From IMG/VR virus record IMGVR_UViG_3300046718_000268: a stretch of 62,400 nt of DNA; one strand, given 5' to 3'. How positions within the stretch are numbered: the stretch's first letter is position 1; each line of letters starts with the position of its first letter. Source of the stretch: a virus. Below, piece after piece: positions 1 through 9,465 of this stretch. Position numbers and translations under genes: made by a program. The notes below the pieces were generated by a model. That model searched no databases, was not told the DNA's origin, and worked only from the letters and a program-made list of their open reading frames with translations.

Positions 1-127
1 AGATGAAGTGAGGATTTAATGGCCGATTTACTTTGGGTTTATGATGAGCCTCCCGAAACCGTCGTTCAGCGATGGGAATGGCCGATGGCAGTTTATCGTG
101 GCCCATTTATGAAGCATGCTGCCTACA
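1..127. repeat. 127-bp exact direct repeat with the window end (62274..62400); genome wrap-around, unit length 62,273 bp
   Basis: Bases 1-127 (agatgaagtgaggatttaatggccg...gctgcctaca) read identically at 62274-62400. Confidence 0.9.
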
Positions 128-333
128 TTATCTGTGAGGATAATTACTCGCCTATTCGTGAGAAGAATGGCAATCACAAAGAAATCAGTGTGGTTATAAG
201 AAGATACGATGGTCGAAGCAAAGATGGTAGTCGAATGCTCTGTAGTCATAAATTCAAAAAATTTGAAGAAGCGGTTCGATTTACTCAACAGTATTTAGAT
301 AGACATCCAGAATGGTGTCCTAAAATTATCTAG
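19..333 (+). CDS. hypothetical protein (104 aa)
   Basis: ORF whose ATG overlaps the stop of the previous gene (TAATG) when the genome is circularised; no recognisable motif. Confidence 0.5.
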   Translation: MADLLWVYDEPPETVVQRWEWPMAVYRGPFMKHAAYIICEDNYSPIREKNGNHKEISVVIRRYDGRSKDGSRMLCSHKFKKFEEAVRFTQQYLDRHPEWCPKII

Positions 334-362
334 TTGACAATTGTTTTTCGATACTGTATGCT
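334..362 (+). promoter_or_regulatory. sigma70-like promoter TTGACA-N17-TATGCT
   Basis: TTGACA at 334-339, 17-nt spacer, TATGCT at 357-362, upstream of the lysis cassette. Confidence 0.5.
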
Positions 363-386
363 CGTGCCGTCACAGTGGGGACTCTG

Positions 387-554
387 ATGGCATTGCACAT
401 CTGGTATTGGATCCTGATGCTGCTTCTGTTGCTTACAAGTGTCGGATACGGGATTTATTCTCGAAACTGGTACTTTGGCGGTAGTGGCTTTTTGATCTTC
501 CTTTTGTTTCTTGTTCTTGGATTAAAGAACTTCGGTTCACCGTTCAATGGTTAA
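387..554 (+). CDS. small membrane protein (55 aa, two hydrophobic segments); holin candidate
   Basis: Hand translation MALHIWYWILMLLLLLTSVGYGIYSRNWYFGGSGFLIFLLFLVLGLKNFGSPFNG; too short for the ORF track. Confidence 0.4.
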   Translation: MALHIWYWILMLLLLLTSVGYGIYSRNWYFGGSGFLIFLLFLVLGLKNFGSPFNG

Positions 555-638
555 AGAATGGTGGGCTAGGCAACATTGCCTGACTAGAGGCGCAATTCTC
601 ATGATTGCTCTTTTTCTGGTTATTGGAGGATTAAGTCT

Positions 639-797
639 ATGTCTACCATCTTGATTATTATCCTTATCATCATCCTTCTTGGTGGAGGAGGTGGATATTA
701 TGGATATAATCGATGGGGTAACTCAGGCCTCGGGGGAGTGCTTGGATTAGTTTTGATTGTTCTTTTAGTTCTTTGGCTGGCTGGTCATTTGGGGTGA
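639..797 (+). CDS. small membrane protein (52 aa), DUF3309-like GGGGGYYGY-RWG motif
   Basis: GGAGGA RBS 8 nt upstream; MSTILIIILIIILLGGGGGYYGYNRWGNSGLGGVLGLVLIVLLVLWLAGHLG. Confidence 0.5.
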   Translation: MSTILIIILIIILLGGGGGYYGYNRWGNSGLGGVLGLVLIVLLVLWLAGHLG

Positions 798-1090
798 GTC
801 AGTTAAAGATGGGTAGGATTTGGTTGGCCGAAAGACCTCCATTTGATCCGCAACGTGCAGCATTCCTCATCATTGCTGTGGTGGTTGGCGTTTATGCGAT
901 CATCGTTCTTGGCTTAGTCGGTGCTTGTATTTATCATTCGGAAATAATTATAAAAGGCGGAACAGATATTAATTGTGATCCTTATAATCGCATTATGGGT
1001 TTACTGGCGGCAGCTCTTAGCGCAGCATTAGCTCTTGTTGGAATTCGAGGTAATGGGAAAGATAAAAACGGAAAGGATGACCACAAATGA
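773..1090 (+). CDS. membrane protein (holin or spanin candidate); start may be the internal ATG at 809
   Basis: Hydrophobic segments (AAFLIIAVVVGVYAIIVLGLVGACIY; LLAAALSAALALVGI); stop overlaps the endolysin start. Confidence 0.45.
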   Translation: MAGWSFGVSQLKMGRIWLAERPPFDPQRAAFLIIAVVVGVYAIIVLGLVGACIYHSEIIIKGGTDINCDPYNRIMGLLAAALSAALALVGIRGNGKDKNGKDDHK

Positions 1091-1536
1091 CTACGATGCT
1101 CACTCCGCATTTCACTCTTGAGGAAATGATCGTAAGTCAGACTGCATCACGAGAAGGGATTAATAACTCCCCAACTGACGAGGCATTGATTAATCTTCGT
1201 CGGGTGTGTGAGATGCTTGAAGCTGTTCGTCATATTCTTGGTGGCAAGCCTGTTTTGATTTCATCTGGATATCGTTGTCCAGAATTGAATGCGGCTTGTG
1301 GTGGTTCAAGCAATAGTGAACATATGACTGGATGTGCAGCTGATTTTACTTGTCCAGGCTTCGGTTCACCACATGATGTTTGCAAGAAAATTATGTCTGA
1401 TCCGCGGATCAAATATAATCAACTTATCTGGGAATATGGCGATTGGATCCACATGTCAGTTCCTGCAATTGGTGTTCAGGCTAAGATGGAAGAATTAACG
1501 ATTAATAACTCGGGAACTTTCAATGGAATTGCCTAA
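1087..1536 (+). CDS. peptidase M15A-type endolysin (D-Ala-D-Ala / L-Ala-D-Glu peptidase fold)
   Basis: HFTLEEM...SGYRCPELNAACGGSSNSEHMTGCAADF matches the Peptidase_M15 zinc-site pattern (H..D..H family) as recalled. Confidence 0.8.
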   Translation: MTTMLTPHFTLEEMIVSQTASREGINNSPTDEALINLRRVCEMLEAVRHILGGKPVLISSGYRCPELNAACGGSSNSEHMTGCAADFTCPGFGSPHDVCKKIMSDPRIKYNQLIWEYGDWIHMSVPAIGVQAKMEELTINNSGTFNGIA

Positions 1537-1560
1537 ATGCAGGCATCGGCAATTTCTTAC

Positions 1561-1589
1561 TTGCTAAGAGGGTAGCTTTCAACTACACT
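1561..1589 (+). promoter_or_regulatory. promoter-like TTGCTA-N17-TACACT upstream of terminase genes
   Basis: TTGCTA 1561-1566, TACACT 1584-1589. Confidence 0.35.
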
Positions 1590-1600
1590 CTTGAGTCGGA

Positions 1601-2053
1601 GTGTATCAGATGGCCGCTCAGCTCGATCCTTCACTCTTCTTCGAACCTGCGCCTACGTCGCAGGAGAAGCTCCTTTATGACAAGTTCATAGAGGAGTATC
1701 AGAAGGATTACGATCCTTTTGCTGCCTGTATTCGTGTGGGCTTTTCTCCGACGTTTGCTGCCGAGTATTGTAAGATCTTCATGTCGAAGCCTTATGTTCA
1801 GCAGCAGATTGCTCTGAAAAAGCGAGAGACTTCTCGAGTAAAAACTGAGGAAGAAATTCGCGCGGAGCATAAGGCTCTCGTGCTTGCAACTTTGACTGAA
1901 TTGATTCATACTTCGCCTCCTGCGGTGCGCGCAACGGCTGCGAAGCAATTGGCTCAGATTCAGGGATTCGATCAGTCTGGTAATCGAGAGGCTGATGAGT
2001 TGGATAAGCTCGTCGAAGCCTTTAAGGATGTTGCTAAGGTTCTTCCGGAGTGA
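1601..2053 (+). CDS. terS: terminase small subunit
   Basis: GTG start; Terminase_2-like text (FAACIRVGFSPTFAAEYCKIFMSKPYVQQQI); lies immediately upstream of TerL and overlaps it. Confidence 0.7.
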   Translation: MYQMAAQLDPSLFFEPAPTSQEKLLYDKFIEEYQKDYDPFAACIRVGFSPTFAAEYCKIFMSKPYVQQQIALKKRETSRVKTEEEIRAEHKALVLATLTELIHTSPPAVRATAAKQLAQIQGFDQSGNREADELDKLVEAFKDVAKVLPE

Positions 2054-3378
2054 TATCTAATCTCTTACTGGAGAGGCAAAAATCTCGATGGTATCCACTT
2101 ATACCTCATCCAGTTCAGCTTGCACTTATCCGAGCTGTTGACGACGGGATTCGATTTCCTGTCGTTCCGGCTGGACGACGATCTGGTAAAACTGAACGAG
2201 CAAAGCGTTTTCTAGCAAAACAATCGATGTGGAATCCTGGCGAGAAGTATTTTGCCGGAGCTCCTACGTTTGCACAAGCGAAGAAGATTTGGTGGGAGGA
2301 TCTAAAAGCGTTGACGTTGTCGGCTCTTCATAAGAAACGTCCGACAGAAACCGATCTGTGTATTTATATGCCTAATGCTACCGAGCTCCATGTACTCGGA
2401 TTAGATCAGCCAGCTAGATTTGAAGGCATTCCTTGGAGTGGCGGAGTAATCGATGAGATAGCTAACTGCAAAGAAAGAGCTGTGGAAGAGAATATCCTTC
2501 CTGCTCTTAATACTGTTGATCCGAGGCGCCCGGAATACCGTGCATGGTGCTGGTTTATCGGAGTCCCTGAAGGTCTTGGTCATTATTATGATATGGCTGA
2601 GCGTGCGAAATTAGGAAATGATCCTGATTGGAAATTGTTTCATTGGAAGTCGTCTGATATTTTACCTCCAGATATTATCGAATCTGCAAAAAGAATTATG
2701 TCGCCAAAACAGTTTCGCCAAGAATACGAAGCGAGTTTTGAGACTGCTGGAGGACGTATCTATGAAGACTATGAAACAGTTCAGAACGGAACTCGAGCAA
2801 CTCAGTACACGGATGAACCTCTTCATTGGACGCATGATCAAAACTTTACTCCGCTTAGTACGGCGATCGCAGTAATTCGAAATGACATTCCAATATTTGT
2901 TGATGAAATAGTTCTTGAGAGTGCAGTTAGTCGTCAATCAGCTGAAGAGTTTGTGGTTAAATATGCTAACCACAAGAACAAGATGGTTTATATCTATGGT
3001 GATCCGGCTGGTCGCGCTGGCGAGAAACATGGTCATAAATCTGATTATGACGATATTGAGGAAGTTCTTCGCAATAATGGATGGAAATATCAGAGACGTG
3101 TAAAATATAAGCATCCGGCAATTAAAGACCGGCAAAACTCAGTTCGTGCAATGATTAAGAACGCAAGAAGCGATATTCGTTTGTTTGTAAATCAAGAACG
3201 AGCTCCATGGTGCCATAAAGGATTGGCGACCGTTCAATTGAAGGAAGGTTCGACTTTTCAAGAAGATCAAACTAATAAATATCAACACATCACAACAGCA
3301 ATTGGATATTTTGTCGATTGGCATTGGCCAGCTGGTATCTTGGCTATGAAATCTGGTATTACATCGGGGCATTTTTAG
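2050..3378 (+). CDS. terL: terminase large subunit
   Basis: Walker A-like PAGRRSGKT, Walker B-like GGVIDEIAN, C-terminal nuclease-like half; position upstream of portal. Confidence 0.85.
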   Translation: MISNLLLERQKSRWYPLIPHPVQLALIRAVDDGIRFPVVPAGRRSGKTERAKRFLAKQSMWNPGEKYFAGAPTFAQAKKIWWEDLKALTLSALHKKRPTETDLCIYMPNATELHVLGLDQPARFEGIPWSGGVIDEIANCKERAVEENILPALNTVDPRRPEYRAWCWFIGVPEGLGHYYDMAERAKLGNDPDWKLFHWKSSDILPPDIIESAKRIMSPKQFRQEYEASFETAGGRIYEDYETVQNGTRATQYTDEPLHWTHDQNFTPLSTAIAVIRNDIPIFVDEIVLESAVSRQSAEEFVVKYANHKNKMVYIYGDPAGRAGEKHGHKSDYDDIEEVLRNNGWKYQRRVKYKHPAIKDRQNSVRAMIKNARSDIRLFVNQERAPWCHKGLATVQLKEGSTFQEDQTNKYQHITTAIGYFVDWHWPAGILAMKSGITSGHF

Positions 3379-3409
3379 CTGGACATTGTGCTTTTGACCC
3401 TTTACACTG

Positions 3410-4966
3410 GTGGCAGTTATGACACTTGATCTTGTTCATCCTCAATATGCAAGAATGACGGCGAACTGGGCTATTGTTCGCGATTGCTATATGGGCGAGG
3501 CTCAAGTTAAGTCGAAACGAATAATATATCTTCCGCCGACACAAGGAATGATTCTAGATGGAATGGCGAATGCTAACCAACTAGGTTATCAGACCTATGA
3601 AGCTTACAAGATGCGAGCTGTCTGGCATGATCTCTATAAGGAAGCAATCGAGGCCTATATCGGTCTCTTGCATCAAAAACCTGCAACAATCACTCTTCCA
3701 AACCAAATGAAGGATGTCAGAAGCAATATGGGAGAGACTCCTCTTGAGCTTCTTCGACGAATTAATGAGGAACAACTTGTCAGTGGGCGTCTTGGATTGT
3801 TGGTAGATTTGCCTGTAGCTCCGGAGCCAGCAGGGCCTCTACCTTATGTTGCCATGTACCTTGCCGAGTTTGTGCGTAATTGGGACATAGGTGAGGACAC
3901 TGCACTTCAAGCATCGCTTAATTTTGTCATTCTCGATGAGAGTGGTTACACTCGCGACACAAACATCAATTTTGGTTGGATCAATCAAGTTCGTTATCGT
4001 CTTTGTCAGCTTGGCGATATTACAACGTCCGATGCTGGAAATTACATGACCGGATTGTATAAGGTCACAGGAGTTGGTTCTCCGACCTATGATCCGAAAT
4101 TGATGGCTACACCGTTGCTTCGAGGTGTACCAATGAAGAAGATTCCTTTTACTTTTGTCGATACAAAGGATCTTTTGGCATCTATCGATTTGCCTCCGCT
4201 TCTAGGTCTTGCCAACATTATGTTGACGATCTATCGAAGTGAGGCCGACTATCGACAGAATCTGTTCATGCAAGGCCAGGATACACTGGTCACTATCGGA
4301 ACAATTGGAAAGAAGGATCCTACTAATCCCGACGCTCCCTTGCGAACTGGTGCTGGATCCCGTATCGAAATGGATCAAGGAGGAGATGCCAAGTATATTG
4401 GCGTCAATTCTTCTGGTCTTCCTGAACAACGTAGTGCCATTCAGAATGATCGCTCTAGAGCTGAAGTTCGAGCTGGTCAGCTGATTAATGCTCGTGTCGG
4501 TGATAAGGAGTCAGGCGAAGCGCTTAAAACTCGACTTGCTGCACAGACTGCTACCTTGAAGCAAATTGCTCTTGCAGGCGCTGCAGGCTTGCAGGAAGCA
4601 CTTCAAAATGTAGCCATATGGATGGGACTTGATCCTGCTACTGTGAAGATTGAGCCGAATCTCGAATTTAGTTCGACTCTCATTACTGGTCAGGACATGT
4701 TCCAGCTCATGCAGGCGAAAGATTTGGGTATGCCCATCTCCTATGAGAGCATTCATGCTTATATGGTCGATCGTGGTATTACAACCATGAACTTCGACGA
4801 TGAGCTTGCGACTATCCTCAAGGAGCGTCAACAAGTTCAGCTTCTGAAGGATCCTGTTGCTCAACAGCAACAGGCAGATCAATTGAAAGCTCAACAAGAC
4901 GCGGCGGCAGCGGCAGCTAGAGCTCGTCCGCCTGCGCCGAATGGCGGCACGCCATCAGCCAGATGA
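3410..4966 (+). CDS. portal protein
   Basis: 518 aa, directly after TerL, acidic/Q-rich C-terminus; order TerL-portal-scaffold-capsid. Confidence 0.75.
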   Translation: MAVMTLDLVHPQYARMTANWAIVRDCYMGEAQVKSKRIIYLPPTQGMILDGMANANQLGYQTYEAYKMRAVWHDLYKEAIEAYIGLLHQKPATITLPNQMKDVRSNMGETPLELLRRINEEQLVSGRLGLLVDLPVAPEPAGPLPYVAMYLAEFVRNWDIGEDTALQASLNFVILDESGYTRDTNINFGWINQVRYRLCQLGDITTSDAGNYMTGLYKVTGVGSPTYDPKLMATPLLRGVPMKKIPFTFVDTKDLLASIDLPPLLGLANIMLTIYRSEADYRQNLFMQGQDTLVTIGTIGKKDPTNPDAPLRTGAGSRIEMDQGGDAKYIGVNSSGLPEQRSAIQNDRSRAEVRAGQLINARVGDKESGEALKTRLAAQTATLKQIALAGAAGLQEALQNVAIWMGLDPATVKIEPNLEFSSTLITGQDMFQLMQAKDLGMPISYESIHAYMVDRGITTMNFDDELATILKERQQVQLLKDPVAQQQQADQLKAQQDAAAAAARARPPAPNGGTPSAR

Positions 4967-4987
4967 GTGTGGTTATAAGGAGGGAAT

Positions 4988-5815
4988 ATGGCGGCTCTTA
5001 AATTAATCTATGACAAGAAGGAAGATATTCCGGCAGCATTTCTCGAACTTTATGAGGAAGGCGACGACGAGAAATGGACGTTGACTGGAATCGAAGGAAT
5101 CAAAACTCAAGCCGATATCGACAAGGTTTCGACTGCTCTTCGAAAAGAACGTGCCGAACACAAGGCTACGAAGGATAAGATCAAGGGGCTCGGTAATCGG
5201 ACTATTGAGGAAGTTATCGAGCAGCTCGATCGTATTCCTGAACTCGAAGCGACAATTGCAGCTTCGGATATGGATCCGAAGAAAATCGATGCCTTGGTGG
5301 AAGCTCGTATCAAAGGGCGCCTTGCTCCTGTAGAGCGTGAGCGTGACACATTGAAAACGAAGGTTGGTGAGCTTGAGGGAGAGGTTACGACATACAAGGG
5401 CGATCGAAAGACACGAACCATTCATGATTCGATTCGTGAGGCTGCTACGAAAGCGAAACTTCTTCCGGAAGCATTAGACGATGCTTTGATGCTTGGGGAG
5501 CGTGTGTTTGATGTCGGAGAGGATGGAAAAGTCACCATCAAAGACAATGTTGGATTCACTCCTGGTGTCGATCCAACTGTTTGGTTCACTGACATGCAGA
5601 AGAAGCGTCCCCATTGGTGGGGCCCATCTAGTGGCGGCGGTGCTGGTGGTAATCGTGGTGGCGGTAATGGTATAACTACGAATCCATGGGCGTCAGACAC
5701 TTGGAATATGACCGAACAAGGTCGGATTTACGTGGAAAATCCTGAACGTGCTACTCAATTGGCTACTCAGGCAGGTACAAAAATTGGCGGTATGAGACCA
5801 CAACCGAAAAAATAG
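4988..5815 (+). CDS. scaffolding protein
   Basis: Charged, coiled-coil-rich 275 aa with a Gly-rich tail, between portal and capsid. Confidence 0.6.
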   Translation: MAALKLIYDKKEDIPAAFLELYEEGDDEKWTLTGIEGIKTQADIDKVSTALRKERAEHKATKDKIKGLGNRTIEEVIEQLDRIPELEATIAASDMDPKKIDALVEARIKGRLAPVERERDTLKTKVGELEGEVTTYKGDRKTRTIHDSIREAATKAKLLPEALDDALMLGERVFDVGEDGKVTIKDNVGFTPGVDPTVWFTDMQKKRPHWWGPSSGGGAGGNRGGGNGITTNPWASDTWNMTEQGRIYVENPERATQLATQAGTKIGGMRPQPKK

Positions 5816-5828
5816 TTTACAGAACTCC

Positions 5829-5857
5829 TTGCAAAATAGCTTGATATCTGTTATAGG
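5829..5857 (+). promoter_or_regulatory. promoter-like TTGCAA-N17-TATAGG upstream of capsid gene
   Basis: TTGCAA 5829-5834, TATAGG 5852-5857; overlaps inverted repeat AGCTTGA..TCAAGCT. Confidence 0.35.
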
Positions 5858-5934
5858 TCAAGCTAAGGCGTGAGGCCTGCCAGCCATGGGTTGGTGCATC
5901 AGAGTAAGGTGTTCCAACTCAAAGGAGATTTCCC

Positions 5935-6972
5935 ATGGCTGCTGGCGTTGTCCGTATCGCGGACGTTGTCGTTCCTGCGATTTTCGGTCCCTACATTCAA
6001 ATTCTCACTCAGGAAAAGTCGCGTATCGTCCGCTCGGGCGCTATTTCGGCCGACGCGGCTCTTGCGGCGGTTCTCGCCGGCGGCGGTCTGACATTCAACG
6101 AGCCCTCCTGGAAGGATCTGGACAACGATCCGGAGAACGTGTCTTCAGACGATCCTGCGGTCTTCTCTTCGCCGAATAAGATCGGCACGCAGACCGAAAT
6201 CCAGGTTCGAATGAATCGCAACAATTCCTGGTCGACGATGGATCTCACCGGCGATCTCGCTGGTTCGGATCCGGCGTTTGCGATCGCGAATCGTGTTTCG
6301 GACTATTGGGTCCGGCGTATGCAGCTGGCGTTCATCGCTACCTTGACCGGCGTGTTTGCCGACAACGCTGCGGCGCCGAGCGGTACCGATACCCATACCA
6401 TCAACGATCTCACTCACGATGTCTCCGGCGGCGCTTTCCTCGATGGTACTACGAACTTCAGTGCCGAGGCTTACCTCGACACCAAGGTTCTGATGGGCGA
6501 TTCCATGGATCAACTGTCCATGGTGATGATGCATTCGATCGTCTACAATCGGGCGCTCAAAAACAACCTAATCGATTTCATTCCGGATTCGACCAATCAA
6601 TACGCTCAGGCGATTCCGACCTTCCTCGGCGCCATGGTGATTGTCGACGATGGCGTTACTAACGCTGCCGGCGTGTTTCAGACCTGGCTGTTCGGAGCCG
6701 GCGCGTTCCGTTGGGGCAATGGTACTGCCAAGGTTCCAACCGAGATTCTTCGTGTTCCGTCTGCTGGTAACGGCGGCGGTCAGGAACTGATGTGGTCTCG
6801 CGTGGAATGGTGTATCCATCCGGTGGGTCACGCCTATATCGGTACCCCTCCGGTCGGCGGTCCTGCCAATGCGGCTACTGCCAACAATCTTGCCGCGGCG
6901 ACGAGCTGGAGCCGAGTCTACAAGGAACGTAAGATGATCCGCATTGCGCGGCTCATCACCCGCGAATTCTGA
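5935..6972 (+). CDS. major capsid protein (HK97-fold, gpE-like size)
   Basis: 345 aa, AGGAG RBS, followed by a strong terminator; gene is visibly more GC-rich than its flanks. Confidence 0.8.
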   Translation: MAAGVVRIADVVVPAIFGPYIQILTQEKSRIVRSGAISADAALAAVLAGGGLTFNEPSWKDLDNDPENVSSDDPAVFSSPNKIGTQTEIQVRMNRNNSWSTMDLTGDLAGSDPAFAIANRVSDYWVRRMQLAFIATLTGVFADNAAAPSGTDTHTINDLTHDVSGGAFLDGTTNFSAEAYLDTKVLMGDSMDQLSMVMMHSIVYNRALKNNLIDFIPDSTNQYAQAIPTFLGAMVIVDDGVTNAAGVFQTWLFGAGAFRWGNGTAKVPTEILRVPSAGNGGGQELMWSRVEWCIHPVGHAYIGTPPVGGPANAATANNLAAATSWSRVYKERKMIRIARLITREF

Positions 6973-7003
6973 TCCCTGGGCGCTTCCATCCAAGGGGAAA
7001 CTT

Positions 7004-7056
7004 AGATGCGAAAGAGCTCTCCCTCCTCCCTTAAGGCCTTTCGCATCTATTTTTTC
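7004..7056 (+). terminator. rho-independent terminator after capsid gene
   Basis: 11-bp stem AGATGCGAAAG (7004-7014) / CTTTCGCATCT (7038-7048) followed by ATTTTTT. Confidence 0.8.
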
Positions 7057-7068
7057 TAGGAGATTTCA

Positions 7069-7419
7069 ATGACTCATGGTCTTCCAAGGTCGCTTCTGCG
7101 AGCTCAGCAAAAAGGTTGGATCGATCCGCCATCCGCTCCAATTTTTGAAATTCCAACTGAAGTGACAGCGCCTCATGCCACTCAAAATGGTACAGGCATT
7201 GGATCTACCGTCAATGTAACGACAGGAACTTGGAATGGCAGTCCTGTTTCTTATGCCTATCAATGGAAAAAGGATGGCACAAACGTCGGCGGTGCGCTAG
7301 CGGCAAGTTATACTCTTGTCAGCGGAGATCCGACGCATTCCTTCACCTGTACTGTGACTGCAACAAATCCGGCAGGAAGTTCGACTCCAGCTACATCGAG
7401 CGCGGTCGTTGCCGCCTAA
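7069..7419 (+). CDS. Ig-like domain protein (head decoration candidate)
   Basis: YAYQWKKDGTNVGGALAASYTLVSGDPTHSFTCTVTATNPAGS is a typical bacterial Ig-like repeat signature. Confidence 0.5.
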   Translation: MTHGLPRSLLRAQQKGWIDPPSAPIFEIPTEVTAPHATQNGTGIGSTVNVTTGTWNGSPVSYAYQWKKDGTNVGGALAASYTLVSGDPTHSFTCTVTATNPAGSSTPATSSAVVAA

Positions 7420-7428
7420 GGAGTTCAA

Positions 7429-8055
7429 ATGAGTCAGAAGATTCTTGACGCTCTGCAAAAGCTTGACGCCAACAATGATAACCATTGGACGATCGATGGT
7501 CAGGCAAAGTTGGATACTGTCAAGTTTTTCGCCAGCGAACAGTCTCTGACTCGAGAACAGCTTAACACCATTGCTCCAGGATTCAATCGTGAATCCTATC
7601 GAGCCTATCTTATCAACAAACCTACGGAGACTGTAAATGCGCCTGCGAATGGTGCCGAATCCGGAGCAGGAACTGGAACCGTTGAGCCTGCATCGGCAAC
7701 CTCGGGATCAGAGAGTGGAGAAACTGAAATCGAAGCGTTGGCCGAGAAAATCGCTGTCGAGGACGAAACAATTCTCGAGCTCCAGCGGTTTCAAGACGAG
7801 AACGGAAAAAAACTGAAGGAAGCTCAGCAACGGCGTGATACTTTGTCGGCACAGTACGATAAGCTCATTCCGCCGGAGACAAATCAGGATGTCATCCAGA
7901 AATATCTGGAACGTCAGAAGGAAATTCTTCGTCAGCGTGGCGAGATGATTGGCGCGATTCGCGCTACTGGCGTGAACTTGGAAGTTCTCGCTAAGATGAC
8001 ATCAAAGTCACCGCTCGATGTACGTATGAAGAATAGACGGCGTAGTCATGCTTGA
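7429..8055 (+). CDS. hypothetical head-module protein, coiled-coil C-terminal half
   Basis: ORF with RBS (AAGGAG); no family motif recognised. Confidence 0.5.
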   Translation: MSQKILDALQKLDANNDNHWTIDGQAKLDTVKFFASEQSLTREQLNTIAPGFNRESYRAYLINKPTETVNAPANGAESGAGTGTVEPASATSGSESGETEIEALAEKIAVEDETILELQRFQDENGKKLKEAQQRRDTLSAQYDKLIPPETNQDVIQKYLERQKEILRQRGEMIGAIRATGVNLEVLAKMTSKSPLDVRMKNRRRSHA

Positions 8056-8359
8056 TATTCCGACCGGCGTTCGTTGGGCATATGCAAGGAATAAGTGGGC
8101 TCGCGATTTCTATCATTTTAAGAATTTGATTGCAACGCCTGCTGTCGGTTCTTTTGTAATGCCGGCAAATGCTTGGGTAGGATTGAAAGGCGGATCATTA
8201 ACTCTTACGATTAATGGTACAAGACTTATAACGAGTCCTGCTGCTCCTATCGATCAGATTTACAATCTGGCTTGGGTTGAGCGCGGAAAGACTATTGTAA
8301 GCGCTTCGACTGTTTATGTCTTTGACGAATGGACAAACCCGTATCCAATCTTGAATTAG
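8048..8359 (+). CDS. hypothetical protein (103 aa)
   Basis: ORF overlapping the previous stop; no motif. Confidence 0.45.
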   Translation: MLDIPTGVRWAYARNKWARDFYHFKNLIATPAVGSFVMPANAWVGLKGGSLTLTINGTRLITSPAAPIDQIYNLAWVERGKTIVSASTVYVFDEWTNPYPILN

Positions 8360-8368
8360 GAGGAAAAC

Positions 8369-8530
8369 TTGGCTAATACTCCTAACAAAACGCAGATGTC
8401 TATGCAAAGTGGACATGTTGCTTCGATGCAGAATCATGTGCAGTCTAGCATGAGTAGTGCGGCGCCTAATTCGGCATGTTGTAATTCACCTACTTGCGAT
8501 ATGAGAACGAATCCTCCCCGGCCTAAATAG
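8369..8530 (+). CDS. small hypothetical protein (53 aa, TTG start)
   Basis: AGGAGG RBS 6 nt upstream of TTG; hand translation ends PRPK*. Confidence 0.3.
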   Translation: MANTPNKTQMSMQSGHVASMQNHVQSSMSSAAPNSACCNSPTCDMRTNPPRPK

Positions 8531-8539
8531 GAGAATTAA

Positions 8540-9079
8540 ATGGCGCTTGTGGTAGAGGACGGAACTGGTCTGCCAGATTCGAATTCTTACGGATCTGTCG
8601 TAGACGCTGACTCATATCACGTGGATAGGGGAAACGGCATTTGGGCATCACTCGATGATGCAAAGAAAACTTCCAGTCTCATTCAAGCAACCGATTATAT
8701 CGATCAGCGATACGGCGCTCGATTTATCGGTGATGTAAAAACTAATACGCAGGCTCTTCAATGGCCTCGAGTTTTTGCAGATGGAAAAGGATATGTTGAT
8801 AACTATGGAGGAACTAGCGAAATTCCGCTGGACCTTCAATACGCAACATTCGAATATGCAGTTCGAGCTTCTCAAGCTCCTTTAGTTCCCGATCCTGTTG
8901 TTTCCGAGTCTGGTGTTACGGTCATAACCACACGCCAAAAAGTTGGATCGGTTGAGCGCGCATTTGCGCCCGTTGGCGGTAGCAGATCTGGTGAGGTATT
9001 ACTTGTTCGCCCGTATCCTGGAGCGGATATGTATCTTCGTGATTTGCTCGATCCGACTGCTTTGCGAGCAATTCGATGA
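8540..9079 (+). CDS. head-tail connector (gp6-like / DnaT-like adaptor family)
   Basis: N-terminus MALVVEDGTGLPDSNSYGSVVDADSYH..RGN is characteristic of this adaptor family as recalled; position. Confidence 0.6.
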   Translation: MALVVEDGTGLPDSNSYGSVVDADSYHVDRGNGIWASLDDAKKTSSLIQATDYIDQRYGARFIGDVKTNTQALQWPRVFADGKGYVDNYGGTSEIPLDLQYATFEYAVRASQAPLVPDPVVSESGVTVITTRQKVGSVERAFAPVGGSRSGEVLLVRPYPGADMYLRDLLDPTALRAIR

Positions 9080-9465
9080 GTACGTTCTACGAAGAGATGG
9101 CAATTGCTACTCAGGAGATCGTTCATGATTTCCAGACTGGCATCGTTCAACTTAAACGTAGAACTTCTACGTTGCAAGATCCTGATGTGGCATATTTGCC
9201 TAGTGCTGCTACTTATGATGTCTACGATCTTGAGGCAGTTGTTCTCGGCGTAGAAGCAGAATATGTCGATGGTGAGCTGATCAAATTCGATGATCTCGAA
9301 GTTATCACTTCGCCATTCTTCAAACTCAACGGAACACAAATTCTTCTCGAACCACAAATGGGTGACGAGCTATCAATCGGTGACGAGATTCATCGAATCG
9401 TTAAGATCGAGCGAGTCCCTGCGACCGGCACAGCTTCGGCATTCTTCATCTTTGTAAAATCCTAA
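9076..9465 (+). CDS. head-closure / head-tail joining protein (putative)
   Basis: Size and position only. Confidence 0.4.
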   Translation: MSTFYEEMAIATQEIVHDFQTGIVQLKRRTSTLQDPDVAYLPSAATYDVYDLEAVVLGVEAEYVDGELIKFDDLEVITSPFFKLNGTQILLEPQMGDELSIGDEIHRIVKIERVPATGTASAFFIFVKS

